Assembly (NCBI GenBank): GCA_977017645.1
Contig: OZ360222.1
Coordinates: 124,930,001 to 124,994,000 of the forward strand
Length of the DNA stretch: 64,000 bases
Direction of reading: 5' to 3'
Origin: Torpedo marmorata
Lineage: Eukaryota
Shown: piece after piece, positions 39,691 to 49,344 of the stretch
Layout of the letters: each line of letters opens with the position of its first letter
Numbering within the stretch: position 1 is the stretch's first letter
Translations under genes and position numbers: made by a program
Notes under the pieces: model-generated
Told to the model about the DNA's origin: nothing
What the model saw: only the letters and a program-made list of their open reading frames with translations
Database searches by the model: none

Positions 39691-40639
39691 TTTATTTATT
39701 TTTTTTAATTTTTTTTTTTAACCACCAAATAGAATTTACAATACAAGTCTTTAAAATAGTCTAATCCATTATACATGTGGTATATATATAAATCCCGCTC
39801 ACCCCACCCCCTCCCCCTAAAGCCCCAAGAAAGAAGGAAGAAAGAATGAAAAAGATACAAGATATAAGAAAAAAGACCAGAGATTGTCAAGAGAGTCCTT
39901 TTCCAGAAATCATATTTATCATGAAATAAAGGAGTTCACCAAGGATTGAGGTTACCAGAGAAATGGTTAAACATTCATTCCAACACTCTGCAAATATTGG
40001 CACCATATTTTCCAAAATATATGGTATCTATTCCTTAAGCTATATGTAATTTTTTCAAGTGGTATACAACTACGAATTTCCGCATTCCATCTCTCCATTC
40101 CTAAGTCTGTATCTGATTTCCAAGTTATAGCAATACATTTCCTAGATACTGCTAAGGCTTTTTTTTTGTAACAGTAATATACATAAATTTATCTCTGTAA
40201 TGTATGTTTTGTTACAAAAGGGATCTTCAAAAGAAGGGATGCATAAGTCAAGAGAGAGATTGGAAGTTGATTTGAATAGGCAAATAGATGAGTGAAATTG
40301 GATGGAGTTGTGTAGGGATAGTATAACAAATACAATTAATGTAAGATATAGATTGGTACAATATAATTTTTTACATCAGTTATACCTTACCCCGCAAAAG
40401 TTACATAGATTGGTGTTTTAGATGTGGACAAGAGGTTGGTACATTTTTGCATTCTACTTGGCAGTGTCCTAAGGTAAAACCTTTCTGGCTTGATGTGAGT
40501 AATTTATTACAACGAATAACAGGGATCAAATTCCCGCAGGATCCAATGCTATTTTTGTTAGGCAATATTAAAGGAATTACACCTAAATTAAAATTAAATA
40601 TGTATCAAATAAAGTTTGTAAAAATTGCTTTAGCAGTAT
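39691..40639 (-). mobile_element. 5'-truncated L1 with 5' inversion
   Basis: 13-bp TSD CTCTTTCAAACTT (39678-39690, 40640-40652); 39691-40158 is minus-sense L1 3' end; 40160-40639 is plus-sense upstream ORF2. Confidence 0.88.
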
Positions 40640-41065
40640 CTCTTTCAAACTTACTGATATCCATCCTGTAGTTAGGTGACCAAACTGCACACAATACTCA
40701 AAATTTGACCTCACCAATGTCTTATACAACTTCACCATAACATCCCAACTCCAACAGTCAATGCTTTGATTTATGAAGGCCAATGTGCCAAAAGCTCTCT
40801 TTATGACCTTATCTACCTGTGATGTCACTTTCAGGGAATTATGTATCTGTATTCCCAGATCCCTCTGTTCTACCGCACTCCTCAGTGCCCTACCATTTAC
40901 CGTGTATGTCTTTCCTTGGTTTGTCCTTCCAAAGTGCAACACCTCACATTTGTCTGCATTAAATTCCACCTGCCATTTGCAGCCCACTTTTCCAGCTGGT
41001 CCAAATCCCTCTGCAAGCTTTGAAACCCTTCCTCGCTGTCCACAACACCTCCAAACTGTGTGCGG

Positions 41066-41757
41066 TATAAGTAACGGTGACTTCGCTCCACCAATAGTCA
41101 CCTGGAGGCTAAGTGTGGTCCTTGCTTTTGACGCGTTTTATTTAATTTACTGACAAAGTCCAATATGTTCAAAAACCTTTATTTTCACACATGACTTGCA
41201 GTAATCTTCAATGACTTTAATATAAACAGTTCTTGTAAACGATGTATAATGAGTTCCTTTAAATTATTCCTTAAACAATTCCAAAACGATATGAAACACT
41301 GTAGATGATGTTAAAGTTATAGAAACATTATAAAACGGTATAAAAAGGTCAATAAAGATGTGGAGACCAGACTCACCCCCCATACATCTCTATCCTTTCT
41401 TTGTTCTCTCTCTCCAATGGTTCTGCGCATGCTCCAACGCGCATACTACAATTCCCAGCCTCCCACGCGCACTATGACGTCACTCTATACTGCGCATGCG
41501 CCCGTCGGCACTCCCGCGCATGCGCATATCAAAGAACGGGCCGACGACGGCCCACAGAACAACGCAAGCGCTCCAAGGCCCGACGTGGCCTCGGAGCGCT
41601 CAGAGGACGGCCCAGTGAACAACGCGAGCGCTCAATGGCCCGACGTGGCCTAGGAGCGCTCCGAGGACGGCCTACCGAACTACGCGAGCGCTCCAAGGCC
41701 CGACGAGACATCGGAGCGCCGCAACAACGGTAAGTCAATGAGCCTACGGCTCTTACA
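41066..41757 (-). repeat. 3' LTR of BEL element
   Basis: Direct repeat of 46513-47204; about 2 mismatches seen by eye. Confidence 0.96.
41541..41720. repeat. Three 60-bp GC-rich tandem units in LTR (copy at 46988-47167)
   Basis: Exact 60-bp period: GACGGCC..GAAC.ACGC.AGCGCTC.A.GGCCCGACG..GGAGCGC. Confidence 0.92.
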
Positions 41758-41959
41758 CCGGCCCCTAATTATTATAATTAGACGTAATGTCTTGAATAAT
41801 AATTACACTATAAATAATAATAACCATAACATTCAAAACAATACAAATCTTCTTTCTTCCTTCTTCATAAATCTAGAGTTTACCATAACTCTGATTCAAC
41901 AAAAGTCTGTAACCTGTGAAATGTACAACAACAAATAAAGTCAGTTCACATTTATCAAA

Positions 41960-42140
41960 GTTCCTCTGTCTCCAACAAAAGACAGACCTTATTAATAGGT
42001 CTGTTTAGAAAAACCAGTCTTAGTTTTAATTCGCACTTGACGCACAAGTCCTCTTTGTCTTGAAAAGTCTCAATAATCTTTTCCAAGTAACCAGGAATTT
42101 CTTGAAGTTGAATTATCCATAATAATCACAATGTCTCTTT
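41960..42140 (-). pseudogene. BEL integrase C-terminal (DUF5641-like) remnant
   Basis: Translating across frameshifts gives DIVIIMDNSTSRNSWLLG..IIETF..GLVRQVRIKTKTG..RPINKVCLLLE. Confidence 0.8.
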
Positions 42141-42188
42141 AAAGTTCTTTTATCTTCAAATCCGAGTCAAAACGTTAACCAGTAAACC

Positions 42189-43136
42189 TCAAATCCTCCT
42201 CAGATAAAATAGATACAGTTTTTTTTTGAATTTAACACAAGGCACTTCTTCAGCACGTCGTTTCACTTTATTCCTTTCTTCAGTATTCCACTTCTCATGT
42301 GAAAAATTTAAACTCTTAGAATTAGAATTTGAATATTTATCTGATTCTTTCGATTTTAAACAGGTCTGTTTAACCACTCTGGTTTCTATGGCTCTTTCCT
42401 GCAATTCTAAATCCAATTTTGCAATTTTCAATTCAGTCTCAGCTCCTTCCGAGAAATTAATAATTTGATCTGAAGTCAAAATATCATATGGTACATTGAT
42501 ATTTCCATTGTCAATCCTGTCGCGACAAACTTGAAATTTTTTAATTTCTTCATCTTGTTTGTTACATTTCTGCAATGCAATCTCACATTCTTTCTGCATT
42601 GTTAATTGTTGAACATTCAATTTACATTCTTGATTGATTTTTAAAGTCAACTGTTTTGTGTTATTAACCAATAACTTGTTCTCTTTCAAAACATTAATCT
42701 CTTCTTCCAACCTTTTACATTTTGATAATGCTGAATCTCTTTCCTCAATAACTGTATTCATTTCTTCAGCAGTTATTCTTTTCTTCCGCTTTCTGACTTT
42801 GCGAGTTTTACTTACAATTAAATCTTTCTGTTTACTGTTTTCTTGATTATCTAATATTTCCAATTCCCCTTTCAACATTTTGTTCTCTGGATTCAATTGC
42901 ATTGAATTATCATTCACATTATTCTTTATTCCATCAGCACAATTTTCTGTGTTCTCCAGTTTTACATCACATTGCAATATTTCTTCATTAGCTTTGTCTG
43001 TTGTAATCTCTGAACTACAAAATCTACATTCAGATTTGTTTTCAGTCACTTGTTTTATTCCTGTATCTGATTCAATTACACATGAATGATCAATAGTATT
43101 ATTTGCAATATCTTCTAATACTTCACTTTCATCCAT
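42189..43136 (-). CDS. Coiled-coil protein with MIPOL1-like segments, in place of pol
   Basis: Open 315 aa; RITAEEMNTVIEERDSALSKCKRLEEE closely resembles remembered vertebrate MIPOL1 RITAEEMSALIEERDAALSKCKRLEQE; basic NLS-like KTRKVRKRKKR. Confidence 0.75.
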   Translation of the reverse strand: MDESEVLEDIANNTIDHSCVIESDTGIKQVTENKSECRFCSSEITTDKANEEILQCDVKLENTENCADGIKNNVNDNSMQLNPENKMLKGELEILDNQENSKQKDLIVSKTRKVRKRKKRITAEEMNTVIEERDSALSKCKRLEEEINVLKENKLLVNNTKQLTLKINQECKLNVQQLTMQKECEIALQKCNKQDEEIKKFQVCRDRIDNGNINVPYDILTSDQIINFSEGAETELKIAKLDLELQERAIETRVVKQTCLKSKESDKYSNSNSKSLNFSHEKWNTEERNKVKRRAEEVPCVKFKKKLYLFYLRRI

Positions 43137-43142
43137 TTCTGA

Positions 43143-46127
43143 CTAAATTAATTCCTTCAATGTTGTTTTAAATACCATTGATTTATTTTCACATTGATCT
43201 GTTTTCTTTTCTTCATAAGTGATTTTCTTATTCACGGTTTTTTGCTCTTCGCTTAACTCTTCAACTTTCTCAACTGAAATTTTATTAATATTTATCGCTA
43301 CCTGTTCCTGAGCAATATCATTATTTCTTTCCATTGGTCCATTGATTGCCCAACCAAGTATGGTTCTTATAGCGTAAGGTCCATTCCTTTTACTTTCTAT
43401 TACTTCTTTTGGTACCAAAACCTTTGGCACATCTGAACCAATCAGCATTTCTATCTCAGAATTAATTTCAGGTAAATAAACCTTCCACAGATAAGCTAAA
43501 TGATGGATATCACTTTGATGAGGAATATTTCCTTCGTTCACAGGCATAGTCTTCTGAGTATATACACTTGGAAGATCACAAAATTTTTTGTCATCCAATC
43601 CAGCAACCTCTAAGCCTGAAACAATGTTAGTTTCAACAACCTTTTCTTGTCCCATGGTTTTTAACATAATTCTTGATTTTCTTCCTTGAATATTAAGTTT
43701 ATTCATTAGTCTTTCCGTGCAAAAAGATGCAGTGCTACCTGGGTCTAGAAATGCATATGTTTTTACTATTGCATCCCCTTTCTTGGCCTTAACTTGTACA
43801 GGCACTATTGAAAGTTTGCAGTTATTCACCCCGGCCCCAGTAAGACCACTTGTCTGAACCGAGGTTATAACATTATTTTCTGTTGTTTCCTTTGTTTCTG
43901 TTTGCTCCTTTTCCAATTCCTTGTTTCTGTTATGGACATGCAAAATTCTAGGATGTTTAAAATTGCATATGTCACAATTAATTTGCTTCTCGCAGTTTTT
44001 ACTGATGTGCCCTTTACACAGACAGCTAAAACATATTCCATTTTCCTTTAAGAAAGCGATCCTTTCTTTATGTTCCTTCCTTTCCAATTGTAAACACATT
44101 TCCAAAGCATGTCCACCTTTACAGAACAAACAACTCTTTTCATTAGGCAAACTTTCCTTTTCCTTATTTATTTTGTCCTTTTCTTTACTTATAACTTGCA
44201 CATTAGTAGCAAAAGTACTCCTTTTCACTTTCGGACTAGACTGTGAATTAGACTTCCTTACATCTTTGCTCATTGAATTATCTCTGGTATTTCCATATAG
44301 TGGATCTGTTTCAACATACACTTGTCGTTCTAGAAAATTTACCAAATCCTTTAAAGTAATTCTTCGACCATAATTTACTTGTAAATCACAAGCCAAATTT
44401 CTCCATCTATCCCATACCTTGTAAGGTAATTTTTCTAAAATGATTCGCATATTACTATGCACATCAAGCTCACGAATACCATCGATTTCTTCCATAGCAT
44501 TACAACATCCTCTTAAAAACAAAGTATATTCTTGCAAAGCCTTTACATCATTTTGTTTTATTGATGTCCATTTAAGAGCTTTATCCATATAAGCTAAAGC
44601 AATTCGATGTTTGTTGCCAAAATATTGTTCCAATAAATCCTTAGCTTTTTCTAATCCTCTTCCTGAAGACATTTGGTTACAACTTTTTACCAGTTCTTTT
44701 GGATGTCCCTTTGTGAACATTTCCAAATAATAAAGACATTCATCACGATCTTGACATTTATCTTCAATATTGCGTTTGAAAGATCTCATAAACGATTGAT
44801 ATTGAAGTGGATCACCATCAAAAGTTTGTATCTCTTTCTTGGGTAAAGAAGAGAGAGACTGTAACTGAAACAATGATGCAGCAATTTCATTTTGTCTTTC
44901 CTTGGATGACAATACATTACTCTGTTCACTGTCTCGTGTTGTATGCAATGTATCTGGAAACCTTACTGGTGTAGTTTCTTCCATATTTCTGATGCTTGGC
45001 TCATATAACAAAGAAGCTGCTTCGTTCGACCGTACCCAATCCGCAGCTTTGCTTTCAGATGTTATTATTGGTACATGTGACTCGATACCAATATGCTCTT
45101 GAAAGGTTTGTCCTTGTATACGTAAGTTTTGTATCCTTGGTTCTAAAATATCTATCCTTTTGGTTGGTTTCTTTTCCTGTGATTCCTTTTTTAAATATGA
45201 CCTTTTATTATCAGATAATTTAGATAATTTACTGCTAGCACCAGATACCATTGAGCCTTCTATTGCTTTCTTTTCTGCCTTGGCAATAGCAATGTTTGCT
45301 TCCAGCTCCTGCAGTTCTTTTCTCTGTCTTAGCTGCTCCTTCTCTTGTCTTAGCTGCTCCTTTAGCTGCTTCTCATTTTGTCTTAGCTGCTCCTTTAGCT
45401 GCTCCTCATTTTGTCTTAGCTGCTCCTCCTCTTGTCTTAGCTGCTCCTCCTTTCGTCTTAGCTGCTCCTCCTTTTGTCTTAGCTGCTCCTTTAGCTGCTT
45501 CTCATTTTGTCTTAGCTGCTCCTTTAGCTGCTCCTCATTTTGTCTTAGCTGCTCCTCCTCTTGTTCTAATATAAATTTATCCTTAAGCGTTTTTTGTTGT
45601 GCAAGAAGAGCGGCCAATTTAACATCAACCTTTGTACGTGACGATGCAGAACTTGAAGTACGAGAAACTCTGGAGCTTGAACCAGAACTTCTTTTGCTTC
45701 TCCTGCTTTCAGCATTTGAGACACTGTCACTTGCTTGTATTTCGTCCTGCAGTTCATATGTTGTCTTCATACTTACCTCTTTATCCAATTCAAATTGTTC
45801 ATCATTTGTTGACACAATTTCAGCCATTTCCAAGTTATCTTCTTGTTCAACTAATGAAGCTGCCTCTTCATCCTTTGCCAGCTTCAATCTTTCAATAAGA
45901 ACCTTTTTATTTCCACTTATGTCCTTATTCAGTCGCTTCAATTCTTCTTTAATATCCGCAACCTTCATGTCTTCAATACGTTGGTCCTCAACAGCAACAT
46001 CAGCGGTTGCTGCGTCAGCTGCTGATAAATCAGTAGCTGCTGTATCAGTGGCTGCTGCGGCCATTTTACTCGTCTTGTTCCTCTTTCCTTCAAGCATACA
46101 CAACACTAGCCAAACAACAGTCCCCAA
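43143..46127 (-). CDS. SAP domain, coiled coil, BEL Gag (DUF1759-like, 3 zinc knuckles) and aspartic protease polyprotein; likely ATG at 46064
   Basis: Open 994 aa: MKVADIKEELKRLNKDISGNKKVLIERL (SAP); LPKKEIQTFDGDPLQY; CLFCKGGHALEMC, CFSCLCKGHISKNC, CDICNFKHPRILH; YAFLDPGSTASF; RTILGWAINGP. Confidence 0.9.
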   Translation of the reverse strand: MGTVVWLVLCMLEGKRNKTSKMAAAATDTAATDLSAADAATADVAVEDQRIEDMKVADIKEELKRLNKDISGNKKVLIERLKLAKDEEAASLVEQEDNLEMAEIVSTNDEQFELDKEVSMKTTYELQDEIQASDSVSNAESRRSKRSSGSSSRVSRTSSSASSRTKVDVKLAALLAQQKTLKDKFILEQEEEQLRQNEEQLKEQLRQNEKQLKEQLRQKEEQLRRKEEQLRQEEEQLRQNEEQLKEQLRQNEKQLKEQLRQEKEQLRQRKELQELEANIAIAKAEKKAIEGSMVSGASSKLSKLSDNKRSYLKKESQEKKPTKRIDILEPRIQNLRIQGQTFQEHIGIESHVPIITSESKAADWVRSNEAASLLYEPSIRNMEETTPVRFPDTLHTTRDSEQSNVLSSKERQNEIAASLFQLQSLSSLPKKEIQTFDGDPLQYQSFMRSFKRNIEDKCQDRDECLYYLEMFTKGHPKELVKSCNQMSSGRGLEKAKDLLEQYFGNKHRIALAYMDKALKWTSIKQNDVKALQEYTLFLRGCCNAMEEIDGIRELDVHSNMRIILEKLPYKVWDRWRNLACDLQVNYGRRITLKDLVNFLERQVYVETDPLYGNTRDNSMSKDVRKSNSQSSPKVKRSTFATNVQVISKEKDKINKEKESLPNEKSCLFCKGGHALEMCLQLERKEHKERIAFLKENGICFSCLCKGHISKNCEKQINCDICNFKHPRILHVHNRNKELEKEQTETKETTENNVITSVQTSGLTGAGVNNCKLSIVPVQVKAKKGDAIVKTYAFLDPGSTASFCTERLMNKLNIQGRKSRIMLKTMGQEKVVETNIVSGLEVAGLDDKKFCDLPSVYTQKTMPVNEGNIPHQSDIHHLAYLWKVYLPEINSEIEMLIGSDVPKVLVPKEVIESKRNGPYAIRTILGWAINGPMERNNDIAQEQVAININKISVEKVEELSEEQKTVNKKITYEEKKTDQCENKSMVFKTTLKELI
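45320..45562. repeat. In-frame 21/12-bp minisatellite encoding EEQLRQ/KEQL coiled coil
   Basis: Reiterated TGTCTTAGCTGCTCC and TTTAGCTGCT units. Confidence 0.9.
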
Positions 46128-46512
46128 TGGACCAGCGGCAGCAATTCCAATCTGTGTTCTTACTTGCTAAAGATACACAGAAGGAGTCCACAGACTTATG
46201 CCTACCACTTCAAATGACTGTAATGTGCTGCAATCCACAAACGAGTTTCAACCACAACATCCGTCACTAATATCACTGATTTTCCAAAAAATAGTTTCTC
46301 CAACGTATTTATAGGACACTTTATTATAAAATTTGAAGCTTTAAATCCCTCTCTGGCTGTTATTCATGGCAGATGGATGTGGATTACAAACTGCCCCCAA
46401 CTCGAGGCATCTCCAAAATGGCCACCACCTTTATATCAGTCCAAAGCACAGAGAGTTTTTTCTATCTTCTTTCCTTCAAACTTCTGTTCCAAACAGCCAG
46501 CTCTTTATTGAC

Positions 46513-47204
46513 TATAAGTAACGGTGACTTCGCTCCACCAATAGTCACCTGGAGGCTAAGTGTGGTCCTTGCTTTTGACGCGTTTTATTTAATTTACTGA
46601 CAAAGTCCAATATGTTCAAAAACCTTTATTTTCACACATGACTTGCAGTAATCTTCAATGACTTTAATATAAACAGTTCTTGTAAACGATGTATAATGAG
46701 TTCCTTTAAATTATTCCTTAAACAATTCCAAAACGATATGAAACACTGTAGATGATGTTAAAGTTATAGAAACATTATAAAACGGTATAAAACGGTCAAT
46801 AAAGATGTGGAGACCAGACTCACCCCCCATACATCTCTATCCTTTCTTTGTTCTCTCTCTCCAATGGTTCTGCGCATGCTCCAACGCGCATACTACAATT
46901 CCCAGCCTCCCACGCGCACTATGACGTCACTCTATACTGCGCATGCGCCCGTCGGCACTCCCGCGCATGCGCATATCAAAGAACGGGCCGACGACGGCCC
47001 ACAGAACAACGCAAGCGCTCCAAGGCCCGACGTGGCCTCGGAGCGCTCAGAGGACGGCCCAGTGAACAACGCGAGCGCTCAATGGCCCGACGTGGCCTAG
47101 GAGCGCTCCGAGGACGGCCTACCGAACTACGTGAGCGCTCCAAGGCCCGACGAGACATCGGAGCGCCGCAACAACGGTAAGTCAATGAGCCTACGGCTCT
47201 TACA
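46513..47204 (-). repeat. 5' LTR of BEL element
   Basis: TGTAAGAG...CTTATA on minus strand. Confidence 0.96.
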
Positions 47205-47821
47205 TGCGGTCTACAAACTTGCTGATCCAATTGACCACATTATCATCCAGATCATTGATATAAATGTCAAACAACAATGTACCCAGCACCGATCCTTGAG
47301 GCACATCACTAGTCACAGGCCTCTAGGCCGCCACAACCCCCTCTGGCTTCTCCCTTCTCTCCGACCTTCTGTTAGTTCTCTTATTCACCAGCATTTAGCC
47401 TTGTTGGTATGATCTCAGCAGCCAGCTCTTAAAGGGATTGACCACCATTTATGTAATACTCTTCCATTTATGGAAATAACTTGCTTCTGAATGAATGAGG
47501 GGGAGAGTGAGTGCTCCAAGGCAATGAGAAGTTGGATGGTTGGCAGGCACTTTGGTTGCAGGGATACAAATACTTTCCAAGTCCATAGCCAAACCTTCCT
47601 GGCAGGAGATTTACAGAAAAGTCCGTGTAAAGACATGAGCAGAATCTATGAGTGCCTGCACTTTGGGAAGGTCTCTAACATTGTGCCCACTCTACCACTC
47701 CTGTGGTGCAAGGGAAATGTAAATGAATTCTTTCTCCTGGAGATTGTAATTTTTGGTGAAAGTCCCCATGCAGCAGTGAGTGGTGAGAAGTTTCAAAGAT
47801 TGGCAAATGATGCCAAAGACA

Positions 47822-47995
47822 GGGGCTGCACGATGTGGCAGCAGTTAGTCCTGCTGCCTCACAGCTCAGCATCTCATGTTCAATCCTGACTTCCAGTGCT
47901 GTTGTGTGTACAGTACATACTCCCTGTGATTACATGGCTTTCCTCCCACATCCCAAAAAATCTACCAATAGATAAATTTGTGATTGTTAATTGCA
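47822..47995 (+). mobile_element. Old V-SINE fragment
   Basis: tRNA-like head GTGGCAGCAG..CTGCTGCCTCACAGCTC..GTTCAATCCTG followed by TTTCCTCCCACATCCCAAA. Confidence 0.62.
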
Positions 47996-48221
47996 CCTCG
48001 TGAAGCTGACGTGATGGTGACCTTGACCTGCACAGACAAATCACTCCAGGCACACGTTTGAGGTTGTATTTGAGGTCACAGGTGATCAGAGGTCTCATTG
48101 AGAATACATTATGCAGTTTAGAAAGCACACTAACAGGGAAAAGTGGATTAATAAACCATGGTTATTCTACAAAACTAGAAGTACAATCCTTTTCAAACCA
48201 GTGAGGTTGGAAAAGGACATC

Positions 48222-48458
48222 ATGGTTAGCGTAGTGGTTAGTGCAGTGCTATTACAATGCCAGCGACCCGAGTTAAAATCCCACACAGTCTGTAAAGAGT
48301 TTGTACGATCTCCCCGTGTCTGCATGGGTTTCCTCTCACATTCCAAAGACGTGCAGGTTTAGTAGGTTAATTGATTACATGGGCGTATTTGAGTGGCATG
48401 GGCTTGTGAGTTAGAAGGGCCTGTTACTGTGCTGTATCACTAAATTTAAAAAAAAATC
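48222..48458 (+). mobile_element. V-SINE (HE1-like)
   Basis: A-box TAGCGTAGTGG, V-domain TCTCCCCGTGTCTGCATGGGTTTCC, tail GAAGGGCCTGTTACTGTGCTGTA and A-run. Confidence 0.85.
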
Positions 48459-49344
48459 ATACTGTAAAAGTGGTCCTTAGACAAATGAAAATACAACAGT
48501 GGTTCTATTTGAGTTGTGCAAAGGAATTTCTACAAGTCTTAACCCATGTTACCAGGAATTTCTTACATTTTTACAAGGATTCAACACTTACCTCTAAGGC
48601 TGCCTGTAAAAATATTTGATGTCACTGACCCATGTTTTTTGTTCACTTTTTTTCAATGACATATTTAAAATAAAATTCCAAACAAAATAAATAATTCAAT
48701 AAACGGAATGATTTACCCTAACATCGTAAAAATTATCTCGTGGGGTCCCATTCATGCACTAACAAAAAACACAATTTATCATTATACAGTTTTACAACAC
48801 ATGCATAAATGAGCAAGTTCCTGTTGGTGAATTTGTATGACATTACACATTTTGACTTTCCTCAGTGTATAAAATATGAAGTTTTTCTTAATGTCTACAG
48901 AGGCCTGACCATTCCCTCTTGGTTTAAAACTGAAAAAACGTGAACAGGTAACTAATGCACCCTGACCAATTTTCATTCGAACTACATCATGGAACATTGA
49001 ACAGCACAGGAACAAACACTCAGCCCTCGTTGTCTGTGCCAAACATGATGGTAAATTCAACTAAATCTCTTCTGCCTGCACTTAATCCATATCTCTCTAT
49101 TCCCTTTATGTGCCTATATAGAATCCTCTTAAGCATCAGTTCGTAGAACATTTGCCCACGAGTGAAACAACCAGTTTCAATCTCATTCCAGAGACCCAAG
49201 TACAATAATTTAGGGTGAGATCTTGGCACAGTACTGAGGTCGTTCATGCTGCCAAACTACTGTTTTACCAATAAGGTGATAAATCAGGGCCCCGCCAGCT
49301 TACTGAGGTGGGTGCTACTATTTCAAAGTAGAGCAGAGAAGTAA

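Larger units (their letters stand above)
41066..47204 (-). mobile_element. Young non-autonomous BEL/Pao LTR retrotransposon with chimeric coding region
   Basis: 692-bp near-identical LTRs; 5-bp TSD TGCGG (41061-41065, 47205-47209); PPT AATTAGGGGCCGG; BEL-type Gag with three Cys knuckles and DPG protease; no RT, RH or INT core. Confidence 0.93.
19478..47325 (-). mobile_element. 5'-truncated CR1 acting as scaffold; pieces 19478-19904, 39618-39690, 40640-41065, 47205-47325
   Basis: The four pieces join into continuous CR1 RT C-terminus and 3'UTR once inserts bounded by duplications AACCTTTCCCT, CTCTTTCAAACTT and TGCGG are removed. Confidence 0.85.

Noticed and set aside
41541-41720. 60-bp palindromic array as a CRISPR-like locus
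   Set aside because: Whole units are similar with no unique spacers, there are no cas genes, and it lies inside a eukaryotic LTR.
41066-41757. Near-identical LTR pair as an assembly duplication
   Set aside because: A 5-bp TSD, a PPT, a couple of mismatches and CR1 continuity across the insert support a real LTR insertion.
43143-46127. Domesticated host gene
   Set aside because: Flanked by near-identical LTRs and a TSD inside a CR1, so it is a recent insertion.
45160-46170. 336-aa Cys/Ser-rich plus-strand ORF
   Set aside because: Antisense shadow of the repetitive Gag ORF.
47491-47889. 132-aa plus-strand ORF
   Set aside because: No motif, and it runs into a SINE remnant.
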